Below, piece after piece: positions 1-9,137 of a DNA stretch of 64,000 nucleotides (the stretch's first letter is position 1; every line of letters begins with the position of its first letter). Location: assembly GCA_965223325.1 (NCBI GenBank), contig CBDCWI010000002.1, forward strand, positions 1,664,001-1,728,000, given 5' to 3'. The translations under genes and the position numbers were made by a program. This DNA comes from Candidatus Multivoradales bacterium (GTDB lineage Bacteria > Acidobacteriota > Thermoanaerobaculia > Multivoradales > Multivoraceae). The notes beneath the pieces were generated by a model. The model was not told where the DNA came from. It saw nothing but the letters and a program-made list of their open reading frames with translations, and did no database searches.

Positions 1-301
1 CGAAGCCCAGGTCGGGATGTGCCAGACCCGGCCGCACAACCAGTCCAGCGACGCCAACCGGTGATTCGGGATCTTCCGGGAGCACGACCGCCTCGAGACC
101 GAAGCCATTTTCTCGATAGCTCGCGAGCGGCCCCTCGTCGAGGTACCGAAGAGCGTCCTCGACCGTACGGACGCCGCGATCGCCGATGAACTGGTGAAAA
201 GACGGTTGATTGAGCAACTCGAGCATGAACGCCGCGTCTTTCGCCGCGAGGGGACGAATACGGATCTCGAGGCTCTCGGGCTCAGCTCCTTCTTCAGCCA
301 T
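1..301 (-). CDS. GNAT (RimJ/RimL-like) N-acetyltransferase, 3' end runs off the window
   Basis: Manual translation of the minus strand from ATG at 301: MAEEGAEPESLEIRIRPLAAKDAAFMLELLNQPSFHQFIGDRGVRTVEDALRYLDEGPLASYRENGFGL...HPDLGF; not in the ORF track because it is truncated. Confidence 0.8.
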   Translation of the reverse strand, partial: MAEEGAEPESLEIRIRPLAAKDAAFMLELLNQPSFHQFIGDRGVRTVEDALRYLDEGPLASYRENGFGLEAVVLPEDPESPVGVAGLVVRPGLAHPDLGF

Positions 302-347
302 CGACTCTCCCAAGTCGTCAGTGTAGACGAAGGGCCTCCGGAAGGGG

Positions 348-965
348 TCAGGTTTCTGAGGGCAGTCGCAGGTCGCCGATGCGTTCGAAGTAGTACCGCA
401 GGGTGACATTGGAGCCAAGATCACGAGGGCAGCCGAAGGTGAAGCGGAGGCGTGCCGCGCCGGCAATCTTGTCGATGTCGTCGGCCGCTACCAGAGGGTC
501 GACACCCGACACCTCCCAAAGTTCTGCCTCGGGCAAGCCGACCTCCGTCGACACTGCCGCTGCTCTTAGATCGGTCCCGATCGGTACCAACGAGAAATCC
601 CACGGATCCCAATGCTGCATCTCGCCACCGGCCCTGGTGGGTGTGATCGTGCATTCGACCTCCCAGAACGACAGCGCTACTTCACCGTCGTCTTCTGGTG
701 GACCCTCTCCGTCATCGGGGTCTCTCGGCCGGGCGGTTGAACGCACGTGATGCAGCTCGAAGTGTGCATCACGGAGCACGCTCGACTTGGCCTCGAACAG
801 CCGGGTACCGAAAGCGCGCAAGCTGCGACGGCCCAGCCAGCGCAATACGAAAACCAGGACGACGAACAGGACAAACAGCACAACCAGTGCCCGGAGAGCG
901 GTGGTGACGAAACTGAGAGCCACGATGAACCCAGCTGCGCTTGAACCAGACGGGAGCGTCGGCAT
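348..965 (-). CDS. Hypothetical membrane-anchored protein
   Basis: ORF 348..1073, likely start MPTLPSG at 965; long hydrophobic N-terminal segment then an acidic soluble domain. Confidence 0.55.
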   Translation of the reverse strand: MPTLPSGSSAAGFIVALSFVTTALRALVVLFVLFVVLVFVLRWLGRRSLRAFGTRLFEAKSSVLRDAHFELHHVRSTARPRDPDDGEGPPEDDGEVALSFWEVECTITPTRAGGEMQHWDPWDFSLVPIGTDLRAAAVSTEVGLPEAELWEVSGVDPLVAADDIDKIAGAARLRFTFGCPRDLGSNVTLRYYFERIGDLRLPSET

Positions 966-1331
966 CGGACTCGATCCTTTCTGAGCGTTTGAAGATTCAG
1001 ATTCCGGCAGCGGCGCCGAACCCGAAACAGACGTCAATCTAGTGAAGGTGTGCCCGAAACGAAGGCGGAACACACAGACGTCCGGTAAGACGTCAGCGGG
1101 CCAATTCTTGCCGATTGTTGCTGAAACAGCTGGATGATCGTACCGGTGTCTGGCCTTCGCCGTATGTGCCTGAGAACACAGGATTCTTGGGAATATCTTG
1201 GACTGTACCTGAAAGGTTCTTGAAGACTTATTGAATAATTCTTGAATATATGGCTAATCTTCGATATCTTTGTTCCGTCGCGATCGGCTTGGGAGAGCAC
1301 GAGCGACGCCAACAACGACCGCAGGGTAGCC

Positions 1332-2606
1332 ATGAACATTTCAAGTCTGATCCCGTCTGCTTCCGCCCTGATGCTGCTGTGCAGCCTCGCTGGCCCCACT
1401 CTCGCCGTAAGCCCTTCTGAGTTTCCGCGCCCGGACCTGGTGTTCGCGCCCGGTACGCCGCAGCACTACGTCGACAACATGAACGAACGCTACGGCACGC
1501 TCGACAGCATGACCTCCCGCGCCCACGCCGGCTCGCGCTGGATCGCGACGGCGACCGATGGCGGTGGCCTTCAGCCCGGCGACCCGATCACCTTGACCTG
1601 GGGCTACCTGGCCGAGGGAACGATGATCGAGGGCGACGCCGGCGAGGCGGCCTCGCCCAACAACTTCCACGCCTGGATGAACTCGCTCTACCCGGGCGGC
1701 TTCGCCGAGTGGCACCCGCTCTTCGTCTCGATGTTCGAGCGCTGGGGGGCGGTGGCCGGGATCACCTACGTCTACGAACCGAACGACGACGGTGCCGAGT
1801 TTCCCCGCGAGCGCGGACTCCTCGGCGTACGGCCCGACGTTCGCATCGGCGCACACCGCATCGACGGCAACTACGGAATGCTCGCCTACAACTCCTACCC
1901 CACCCGCGGCGACATGATCCTCGACTCTTACGACGCCTACTTCGACAGTAAGGCACTCAACTCGCTGCGGCTGCGTAACACCATCGCCCACGAGCATGGT
2001 CATGGCATCGGCCTGCGTCACGTCTGCCCCGCCAACGGCACCAAGCTGATGGAGCCCTGGCTGTCGACCAACTTCGACGGTCCACAGCACGACGACATCC
2101 TCGGTGCGCAGCAGCACTATGGCGATCCCAACGGCGCCAACAACTGGTCCTCCACGGCAACAGCGCGCTCTACGACCTCAACCACCTCCTACGCCAGCAT
2201 CGACTCAGGAACCGAGGAGGACTGGTTCTCGGTCCAGCTACGTGCTGACGAACCGATCGATGTCCGCGTGATCGCCGAAGGTGCCGCCTACAGCATCGGT
2301 TCCGAAGACGACGCGTGCCAGATCAGAAACGACGACTCGCGACTCCATCGCGACCTGGGAGTCGAGTTCCTCGACCGCAACGGGCAGACGGTGCTCGCCT
2401 CTTCCGACACCTTCGGTCCCGGCGGCACCGAGCGCTTTCAGGTCCGCGCCCCGAACACAGGGCGCTACTTCGTACGCGTACACGGCGCGTCCGGCCTCGG
2501 AGTTCAGCCCTATCGACTGCAACTCACCGGCGAGCGCACCGCGAACCCGCTCATCAGCTTCAACGACTTCGAAGGGGGTAAGGCGAACGTGTTCCATCGG
2601 CCCTGA
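1332..2606 (+). CDS. Secreted matrixin-like (M10) zinc metallopeptidase with C-terminal PPC-like domain
   Basis: Signal peptide MNISSLIPSASALMLLCSLAGPTLA; metzincin motif HEHGHGIGLRH; Met-turn KLMEP; EEDWFSV PPC-like segment. Confidence 0.85.
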   Translation: MNISSLIPSASALMLLCSLAGPTLAVSPSEFPRPDLVFAPGTPQHYVDNMNERYGTLDSMTSRAHAGSRWIATATDGGGLQPGDPITLTWGYLAEGTMIEGDAGEAASPNNFHAWMNSLYPGGFAEWHPLFVSMFERWGAVAGITYVYEPNDDGAEFPRERGLLGVRPDVRIGAHRIDGNYGMLAYNSYPTRGDMILDSYDAYFDSKALNSLRLRNTIAHEHGHGIGLRHVCPANGTKLMEPWLSTNFDGPQHDDILGAQQHYGDPNGANNWSSTATARSTTSTTSYASIDSGTEEDWFSVQLRADEPIDVRVIAEGAAYSIGSEDDACQIRNDDSRLHRDLGVEFLDRNGQTVLASSDTFGPGGTERFQVRAPNTGRYFVRVHGASGLGVQPYRLQLTGERTANPLISFNDFEGGKANVFHRP

Positions 2607-2640
2607 GCCGCCCACCGTTCGCCGACCTCTCGATCGGGCG

Positions 2641-2784
2641 AGAGGCCGGAGAAGGGTCTCGACGAGCGCTGCCCGGCTCCTCCCCCGGTCAGCGTCCTCT
2701 CCCACGGGGTCTTACGAGGCTCCGGGATCCTGACCCACCCTGCGGCGCCCAGCAGCGTTCCTCAGAGACCCTTCTCCGGCCTCT
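2641..2784. repeat. Long inverted repeat (20-bp perfect arms, extended inner pairing); MITE-like or structured RNA
   Basis: AGAGGCCGGAGAAGGGTCTC (2641-2660) is the exact reverse complement of GAGACCCTTCTCCGGCCTCT (2765-2784); inner GAGCGCTGC/GCAGCGTTC extends the stem. Confidence 0.8.
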
Positions 2785-2969
2785 TGCGCCCCGACCCACC
2801 CTCATGACGAGGGCTCTTTCTCATTGAGCCTCACTCCTTTGCCGCGCTCGACTCTCGCCAGGGTTTGCCATACTCAGCCTCACGTTTGATGCCTGACATC
2901 CGAGGCACCAGCGCAGGGTCCGTGCCGATCGGCGACCGGTCACCGGCCGGGTGCACCAGGCGAAGCCCG

Positions 2970-3923
2970 ATGAATCCCATGACAGAAGCCCACCTCCACC
3001 GACCGAGAGTCTCAGCGTCTCTCAGAAGTCTCGCGCGGCCGCGGAGTTCTTCCCTAGCGTTTGCGGTCTCCGCTTTCGCCATGCTTCTGTACGGCGGTCT
3101 CGTGTCCTCGCAACAGGCTCCCGACCTCTCCTGGGCTCGCGTGACCTGGTCGGAACTCGAGCTCAAGGCGAAGAAGCTCTTGATGACGGCGACCGCCAGA
3201 GTCGAGCTCACGCCGGTACCAGGAGCAAAGGCACGGGAACAACTCGGCCCGCTCGGCTCCGGCACGCCGCGCATGCCGAGAGAGACGGCCATCCAACTCG
3301 GTTTGCACTCAGACTTCGTCGGTCGCCGCTCGAGTACCAGGCTGTGGGTCGACCCCGCCGACGCCTCGGCCTTCGAGCGCCACCAGATCGAGAGTGGCAA
3401 GCGCCAGCGCTCGAAACGCTATCGCTACGCTAGCGAAGGGGTCTGGTCCGAGCGTCTGGTCCCGAGAGACAAGTCTGAGAGAACCCTCGCACCCGAGCGT
3501 TGGAGCGACCGACAGGAAAAGTTCGACCAGCTCCCCGCAGCCAGGACGCGCGGTCTGAGCGAGCCCGGCGCGCTCCTCTACCTGATCTCGGCAGCGGCAA
3601 TCGAGGACCTCGAGCAAGGCATCACCTTTCCGGTCTTCACCCGCGGGCAAACGACGGCGGTCGTCGCTCGCGGCGTCAAGCGGGTTGCCGTGCCGGTGAA
3701 CTTCAACGTCGCGGGCAAAACCATCTCAGGTGACCGTGCCGCACTCCTGGTAACCCTCGACGCCGAGTCCACCGACGGAAAGGAAGAGTTCGAGTTGCTC
3801 GGTCTCGAAGGTGACATCGAGATCTACCTCGATCTCGAGCACCGCATGCCGCTCATGATCTCGGGACGGGTCTCACCGGTGGGAAAGGTGAACATTCGCC
3901 TGACCCGGGCGACCCTGCGCTAG
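2970..3923 (+). CDS. Hypothetical exported or membrane-anchored beta-rich protein (possibly DUF3108-like)
   Basis: Long ORF with a hydrophobic segment LAFAVSAFAMLLYGGLV; C-terminal IEIYLDLEHRMPLMISG..VNIRL pattern; start uncertain. Confidence 0.55.
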   Translation: MNPMTEAHLHRPRVSASLRSLARPRSSSLAFAVSAFAMLLYGGLVSSQQAPDLSWARVTWSELELKAKKLLMTATARVELTPVPGAKAREQLGPLGSGTPRMPRETAIQLGLHSDFVGRRSSTRLWVDPADASAFERHQIESGKRQRSKRYRYASEGVWSERLVPRDKSERTLAPERWSDRQEKFDQLPAARTRGLSEPGALLYLISAAAIEDLEQGITFPVFTRGQTTAVVARGVKRVAVPVNFNVAGKTISGDRAALLVTLDAESTDGKEEFELLGLEGDIEIYLDLEHRMPLMISGRVSPVGKVNIRLTRATLR

Positions 3924-3937
3924 CCGAGATCCTTTCT

Positions 3938-6409
3938 TCAAGCGTCGAGCGGCTCGCCGGTATCGAACAACGGCTGCGCGATGCCGCTTGTCGAAAGTGA
4001 CCAGGGCGTCCACAACAGAAGCTGCTGGTTGACTGCGATATCAGTCTTGAGGGGACGCACGTCAATGCGCTCGAGCTCAGTGTCGGCCTCCTCGAGCCGC
4101 TCTCGCAGCGCGTCGAGCTCCCGCGCCGCCTCGGCCTCCAACTCGGTTTGCTGTTCGAGCAACACCTCGAGCTTCTCCTCGGCGTGCTCGACGTCTTCTC
4201 GATCTTTCGAGCTGCGGCCGAAACCACGAATCGCCATCCCGGCGCGTCGAACGGCGGTGGCGCTGAGCTTCTTGCGCCCCATGAGAGTCCCGAGAACCCC
4301 TACACCGACATTGACCAGCGCGGAGCGCTTGCTGTCTTTGAGTTGCACCTTCTCCTTCTCGACCCGCTGGCGCGCCGTCAGGAGTTTCCCCTCGAGCGAC
4401 TCGAGCTTCTTGGCGTAGCTTTGACGCAGCTTCTCCACTGCTAGATCGCGCGCTTCCTTGAGGTCCTGCTGAATACGGCGTCGAAAGTCGCCCTCGGTTT
4501 CGCCAGGCTCGGAGTACTGCTTGAGTCCAGGGTGTTTCCAGATGGTCTCGAGCTGGGTGCGGTAGAGCTCCGACGACATCTTCTTCGCCGCCGCACTCCA
4601 GGATTTCTCGCGCATGCCCGGCGCGGCGAGCGGCGCGAAGCGGGCCCCCTTCTCGGGCCGCTTCCAGAGCTTCGGCTCCTCGGGCAGGCGCGCCGCCTCT
4701 TCCCAGCTGAGGCTGCGCGAACCCTCCTCGATGGGCGCAACCAGAAAGATCTCTCGCCAATCATCGAGACCAACACTGGTGCGCTTGAAATGCATCTCCG
4801 CCGCACCGAACATCATTGGCCGGTAGACCAGCTCCTGGTTGTCCTGCAGGTCCTCCTGCGGACGAAGGAAGCGCTCCACCACCGCCGCCGGCAGCTGCGG
4901 CCGCTCGGCAGCTTCGGAAGCCTCGGCTGCGACCTTGTTGGCCGAAGCCTCGCGAGCCTTCTCTTTCGCAGTCGGCCTGGTGAGTGCGCGGCGCGCCCCC
5001 TCCATGAGGCGTTGAATCTCCGCCCGCACCAGCGGCCCGCGCAAGTAGGAGAGCACCCAGCGGGTCTCGAGCACGACCGGTGCATCTTCGTGCACATTGT
5101 TGAGCAGGAAGCGGCGCTTACCGAGCCGACCAATCGTCTCTTCAAGCTCGCTCTTGTCGAGTTCCCGGCCGGCATCGGTCGACGCACCCTCGAGACCGCC
5201 CAGCACCCGCGCACGATCACGCTCCGTCTGAAGGCGGCCAATGAACCAGCTGCCGCAGTTCGAGAGGCCTTTGTAGTCGAGATCGACCGGGTTCTGCGTC
5301 GCCAGCAGGACACCGACGCCGTAGGCGCGCGCCTGCTTGAGCAGCGTCAGCATCGGGACCTTGGAGGGCGGATTCGCCGTTGGCGGAAAGAAGCCGAAGA
5401 TCTCGTCCATGTAGAGGAGGGCCCGAAGACTGCTGGTTCCGGTCTGCGACCGCATCCACGAGACCATCTCGTTGAGAATCAACGTGACCACGAACATCCG
5501 CTCGGCATCACTCAAGTGAGCAATCGAAATGACCGAGATCTTCGGCCGCCCGTCGGGACCGTACAGGAGGTTCCCGATATCGAGTGGCGCACCTTCCATC
5601 CAGGCCGAGAACCCGGGTGACGCCAGCAGGTTGTTGAGCGACATCGCCAGAGCGCTACGCTCCTTTGCCGGCAGGAACGTCTCGAGATCCATCACTCCCA
5701 GGCGATCGAACGGCGGCTCGACGATGGCGCGGATCATTCCCGCAAGATCGAGATCCTGACCGTCGCGCCAGGAATGGTCGAGGATGTTCGAGATCAGAAT
5801 ATGCTCGCGACTCTGCAGCGGATCGGCCTCGATGCCCAGAAGCGACAGCAGCCCTGAAACCGCCGACTGGGTGCGCTCGCGCAGCGCGTCCGGGTCATCT
5901 CGAACGGCCTCGCCCGGGGCGGCAAAGGACCGCAGCACCGAAAGCGAAAGCCCCGAAGTCGCACCGGGGGTGTAGATCGACACCTCGGCAGCTTCCCTGA
6001 AACGTTGGATCCGGGATGGTTCCTGACCCCACTCAGCCAGACCGTTCTTCCACAGCTCGGCCGTGTCAGCGGCGTACTCGGCCGTCGAACGACCGTTGCG
6101 GGTCGCCTCGGCCGGATCGACCCAGGGCTCGAAGTCCTCTGGCCGTAGCTGGGGGAAGGTCAACATGAGGTTGCCCATGTCTCCCTTGGGATCGATGACC
6201 AGACTGGGAATGCCATCGATCGCAGCCTCCTCCAGGATGCCCACCGAAAGACCCGTCTTGCCGCTCCCCGTCATGCCGACAATCACCCCATGCGTGGTCA
6301 GGTCACGCGAGTCGTAGAGCACCGGCTCGTCGCTGGGCTCACCGTCTTCCGCGACGCGCCGACCAAGGTAGAAGGTCCCGAGTTTTTCGTAGTCCGCTGC
6401 TGCAACCAT
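3938..6409 (-). CDS. HerA/FtsK-superfamily P-loop ATPase (DUF87/DUF853-like) with C-terminal coiled coil
   Basis: THGVIVGMTGSGKT Walker A, IDPKGD, LYMDE Walker B, KQARAYGVGVLLATQNPVDLD. Confidence 0.85.
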   Translation of the reverse strand: MVAAADYEKLGTFYLGRRVAEDGEPSDEPVLYDSRDLTTHGVIVGMTGSGKTGLSVGILEEAAIDGIPSLVIDPKGDMGNLMLTFPQLRPEDFEPWVDPAEATRNGRSTAEYAADTAELWKNGLAEWGQEPSRIQRFREAAEVSIYTPGATSGLSLSVLRSFAAPGEAVRDDPDALRERTQSAVSGLLSLLGIEADPLQSREHILISNILDHSWRDGQDLDLAGMIRAIVEPPFDRLGVMDLETFLPAKERSALAMSLNNLLASPGFSAWMEGAPLDIGNLLYGPDGRPKISVISIAHLSDAERMFVVTLILNEMVSWMRSQTGTSSLRALLYMDEIFGFFPPTANPPSKVPMLTLLKQARAYGVGVLLATQNPVDLDYKGLSNCGSWFIGRLQTERDRARVLGGLEGASTDAGRELDKSELEETIGRLGKRRFLLNNVHEDAPVVLETRWVLSYLRGPLVRAEIQRLMEGARRALTRPTAKEKAREASANKVAAEASEAAERPQLPAAVVERFLRPQEDLQDNQELVYRPMMFGAAEMHFKRTSVGLDDWREIFLVAPIEEGSRSLSWEEAARLPEEPKLWKRPEKGARFAPLAAPGMREKSWSAAAKKMSSELYRTQLETIWKHPGLKQYSEPGETEGDFRRRIQQDLKEARDLAVEKLRQSYAKKLESLEGKLLTARQRVEKEKVQLKDSKRSALVNVGVGVLGTLMGRKKLSATAVRRAGMAIRGFGRSSKDREDVEHAEEKLEVLLEQQTELEAEAARELDALRERLEEADTELERIDVRPLKTDIAVNQQLLLWTPWSLSTSGIAQPLFDTGEPLDA

Positions 6410-6493
6410 CGTAACCTCTCATCGAACGCGGGAGTCGCCGGGCCCGTCCCTCGACCTCAGACCTTCTCCAGGGCAGACGGTCCCTCGCTCTTG

Positions 6494-8575
6494 CTACCCG
6501 GCAGGCACTCCACGATAGCGGACGATCTCGGAGTCGAACAGCACCGCGCCTTCGCCTTTGCTGACGATCAGCTTCTCGAAGTGGTCAACCACTTTCTGGC
6601 GGCGCTCTTCGAGGCGTTCCATCTCCCACTCCTGCAGCACATCGCCCAGTTCGCGCTCGAGAACCGGGGCATCCAGGTCACGGAGGCGTTCGAACATCAC
6701 CCGCTCGACGCGCCGCAAGTCTTCGAGAGCCGGGATCTCGCTGCTGGCGCCAAAGGCACGCGTGTGGTCGATCAACCACAACTGCCAGGACTCGTCAATC
6801 AGGAGGTTGCCCTGGTTGCGGTCAGTGTTCATGATGACCGCGTCGAAGACTTTCATGACCGCCTGCTGGTTCTGCCAGTCGATCGGAATCGGAGCCCAGT
6901 CCTTCTCTTTCTGACGGTCACCCTCAGTGCGCGCCTTCTCGACCCATAGTTGAAACGACGCCGGTCCACCTCGCCACGTTCGCTGCACGGCGACTGGCAC
7001 CATGTCGAGGCGCAAGAGACGGGCCAGGCGGTAGGCGGCAACCTCGAAACGATGGGAATCGATGAACGGAGCCAGCAAGCGGCCGTCTTTCAGGCGATGC
7101 TTCGCCTGGTGCTTGTCGACTGTTCTGATCACGGCCCGCGCGATGATGTCGCGGCCTTCGAGATCGACGCGCGTCGGCTTGTTGACACCGGTTGGAATCT
7201 GATCTTCGCCGATGATCTTCGCGGTTGCCAGGAACTCCTCGACTTCCCGATGGCTACCAAACGGCAGCACGGTGTCGCTGGGCCCGAGCCAGCGGTGCCG
7301 CGTGGTCCGGGTCAAGGTCGGGGGCAGCGGGGCGCCAGGACCGAAGTTGTCCGGCGGTGGCGGCACCTCGAGAAGGACCTCCTCGTCCGAATCAGCGTAG
7401 ATCACTCTCCAAACGCCATCGTCGGTGATCTCGAACGCCGAGGCGCGCCCGCCATAGGTTCGCTTGAGCATGCCCGTATCCAACAGAACGACTCGGCCAC
7501 CGAACCTCGGAGTCACGCGAAACCCCTTGATCGGAGTGTGACCAACAACCAATGCTCGGGCGCCTAGCCGCTCGAGATGTTGGGTGACGAGCACATTCCC
7601 CTCTTCGTCGTCCCAACGCGCGAAGCCTCGAAACCAGAGTGGCCCATCGGGATCAACCAGAGTCCATTCGTCGTAGCCACGACAATCGGCCAAGGCTTCG
7701 AGTGAACCTTCGAAGAAGGCACGCTGCTCGGGGTCGAGCTTGCGATCGAGTTGCTCGAGCAGGTACTCACGCTCGAGATCACCGGCACGGGCGAGCTCGT
7801 AGGCCCCCGCCGTAGCCGTAGCGACGCCACCTTCGACCGCCATGCTGCGGCAGCGGTCGTAGGTCTCGAGCTCCCAACGAACACGCTCGTTGAACTCTTC
7901 GAGGCTCTTCGTGCCGTGGGTTGGATGCAGGCCCGCGTGCAAGAAGATCACGTCTTCGACCCGCGCGATGATCGGCAGCGTCCGCAACCAGGAACCGATT
8001 GCACCAGCAGGTGACAGCGCCGCCTGGTACTCAATCCAACCGGGTGGGCGGTTGGCGAGAAACTCCTCTTTGTCTTTGTTTGACGTTCCAGCTGCACCGC
8101 GACGCTTGCCGAGTCGCTTGCTGCGCCGCTCGAGGAACAGAACGTGGTCTTCCCAGGCCTGCGCGCGACGGTCCTCCGAGTGCTCGTCGATGAACTCGGC
8201 CAGTGCATCTGCAGCGACGTCGCGGTAGATGCCGAGCAGGTTCATGCCCTCGTGGTTGCCCAGCAGCACGGTCACGCGACCATTGTCCTGGGGGGCTTCG
8301 CGCTGCAGTCGTTTGAGCAGCTCGACGACCCGAATGTGGTCGGGGCCTCGGTCGAGAAAGTCGCCGGTCTGGACGAGGTGCGTACTGCCACCGCTCCAGC
8401 GCAGCTCTTCGTCGACCAGCTCGAGTTTTGAAAGAAGCGCGGTCAACGAATCGTAGTCGCCGTGAATATCCGCAATCGCCACCACCCGGGCCGCCACCGG
8501 GCCGGTCGCCGCGAGCGACAACAAGACGAGAAGCCCTGCGATGAGGGCCTGCCAGCCACTGAGTCGCAGTCGCAC
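6494..8575 (-). CDS. Exported metallophosphoesterase (Shewanella-like PPP phosphatase) fused to a C-terminal PI3/PI4-kinase-like domain
   Basis: Signal peptide ending AATGPVAA; phosphatase motifs DIHG, GDFLDRG, GNHE, HAG, GHT, LDTG; kinase-like motifs EVAAYRLA..MVP, SFQLWVE, FDAVIMNTDRNQGNLL, WLIDHTRAF; GTG start shares a base with the upstream TAG. Confidence 0.8.
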   Translation of the reverse strand: MRLRLSGWQALIAGLLVLLSLAATGPVAARVVAIADIHGDYDSLTALLSKLELVDEELRWSGGSTHLVQTGDFLDRGPDHIRVVELLKRLQREAPQDNGRVTVLLGNHEGMNLLGIYRDVAADALAEFIDEHSEDRRAQAWEDHVLFLERRSKRLGKRRGAAGTSNKDKEEFLANRPPGWIEYQAALSPAGAIGSWLRTLPIIARVEDVIFLHAGLHPTHGTKSLEEFNERVRWELETYDRCRSMAVEGGVATATAGAYELARAGDLEREYLLEQLDRKLDPEQRAFFEGSLEALADCRGYDEWTLVDPDGPLWFRGFARWDDEEGNVLVTQHLERLGARALVVGHTPIKGFRVTPRFGGRVVLLDTGMLKRTYGGRASAFEITDDGVWRVIYADSDEEVLLEVPPPPDNFGPGAPLPPTLTRTTRHRWLGPSDTVLPFGSHREVEEFLATAKIIGEDQIPTGVNKPTRVDLEGRDIIARAVIRTVDKHQAKHRLKDGRLLAPFIDSHRFEVAAYRLARLLRLDMVPVAVQRTWRGGPASFQLWVEKARTEGDRQKEKDWAPIPIDWQNQQAVMKVFDAVIMNTDRNQGNLLIDESWQLWLIDHTRAFGASSEIPALEDLRRVERVMFERLRDLDAPVLERELGDVLQEWEMERLEERRQKVVDHFEKLIVSKGEGAVLFDSEIVRYRGVPAG

Positions 8576-9087
8576 TACAGATTCCCCATCGCTTCGTCTG
8601 GAATCACCGCCGGCGTAGCTCGCAGATCGGAGTCGTCCTCTTCTTCACCCGAACGCCAGCGACGGTCCTGGAGGATGCGGCGAAAAAGGCCCTTCACGAT
8701 TTCAATGTTGTTCGAGAGCAAATCAAAAAAGTCATCGGCTTCGAGCACCAGTGCCGTCGTGCGACTCACAGCGCGCGCCGAACCGCGGCGCAGACGACCC
8801 GAGAGAACTTCGCGCACGCCGAACGGCTCGCCGGCGCGCACCTCAAGGCTTCCGCCATGCGCCTCTTCGACCGTCGCCAACCCATCGACGACGCAGTAGA
8901 TCGCCAGCGGTTCGCAGTTGGCCTCGTAGATCAAGGCGCCCTCTTCGAAGGTTTCGGTGCGCGCGATCTCGGCGATTCGGAGGATCTCGCGGGCGCTGCA
9001 GAAGCGGAATAGATCGATCTGCTGCAATAGCATGACGATCTCGATCCTCGCCGGCGCCGACGGGTCGTTGTTGGCGAAACCACTCAT
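8575..9087 (-). CDS. Stand-alone cyclic-nucleotide-binding (cNMP/Crp-type) domain protein
   Basis: LLQQIDLF, FEEGALIY, IYCVVDG, GEPFGVREVL..RRGSARA pattern; no HTH. Confidence 0.8.
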   Translation of the reverse strand: MSGFANNDPSAPARIEIVMLLQQIDLFRFCSAREILRIAEIARTETFEEGALIYEANCEPLAIYCVVDGLATVEEAHGGSLEVRAGEPFGVREVLSGRLRRGSARAVSRTTALVLEADDFFDLLSNNIEIVKGLFRRILQDRRWRSGEEEDDSDLRATPAVIPDEAMGNL

Positions 9088-9137
9088 CCCTGAACTGAAT
9101 CAACCTATCACGCGGCCCGCTCATTCCAGGCTCCCAT

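Noticed and set aside
9088-9137. Frameshifted NTT-HEAT-cNMP fusion pseudogene
   Set aside because: Both ORFs look complete, with a 50-nt gap and their own start; separate genes are the simpler reading, though read-level confirmation would help
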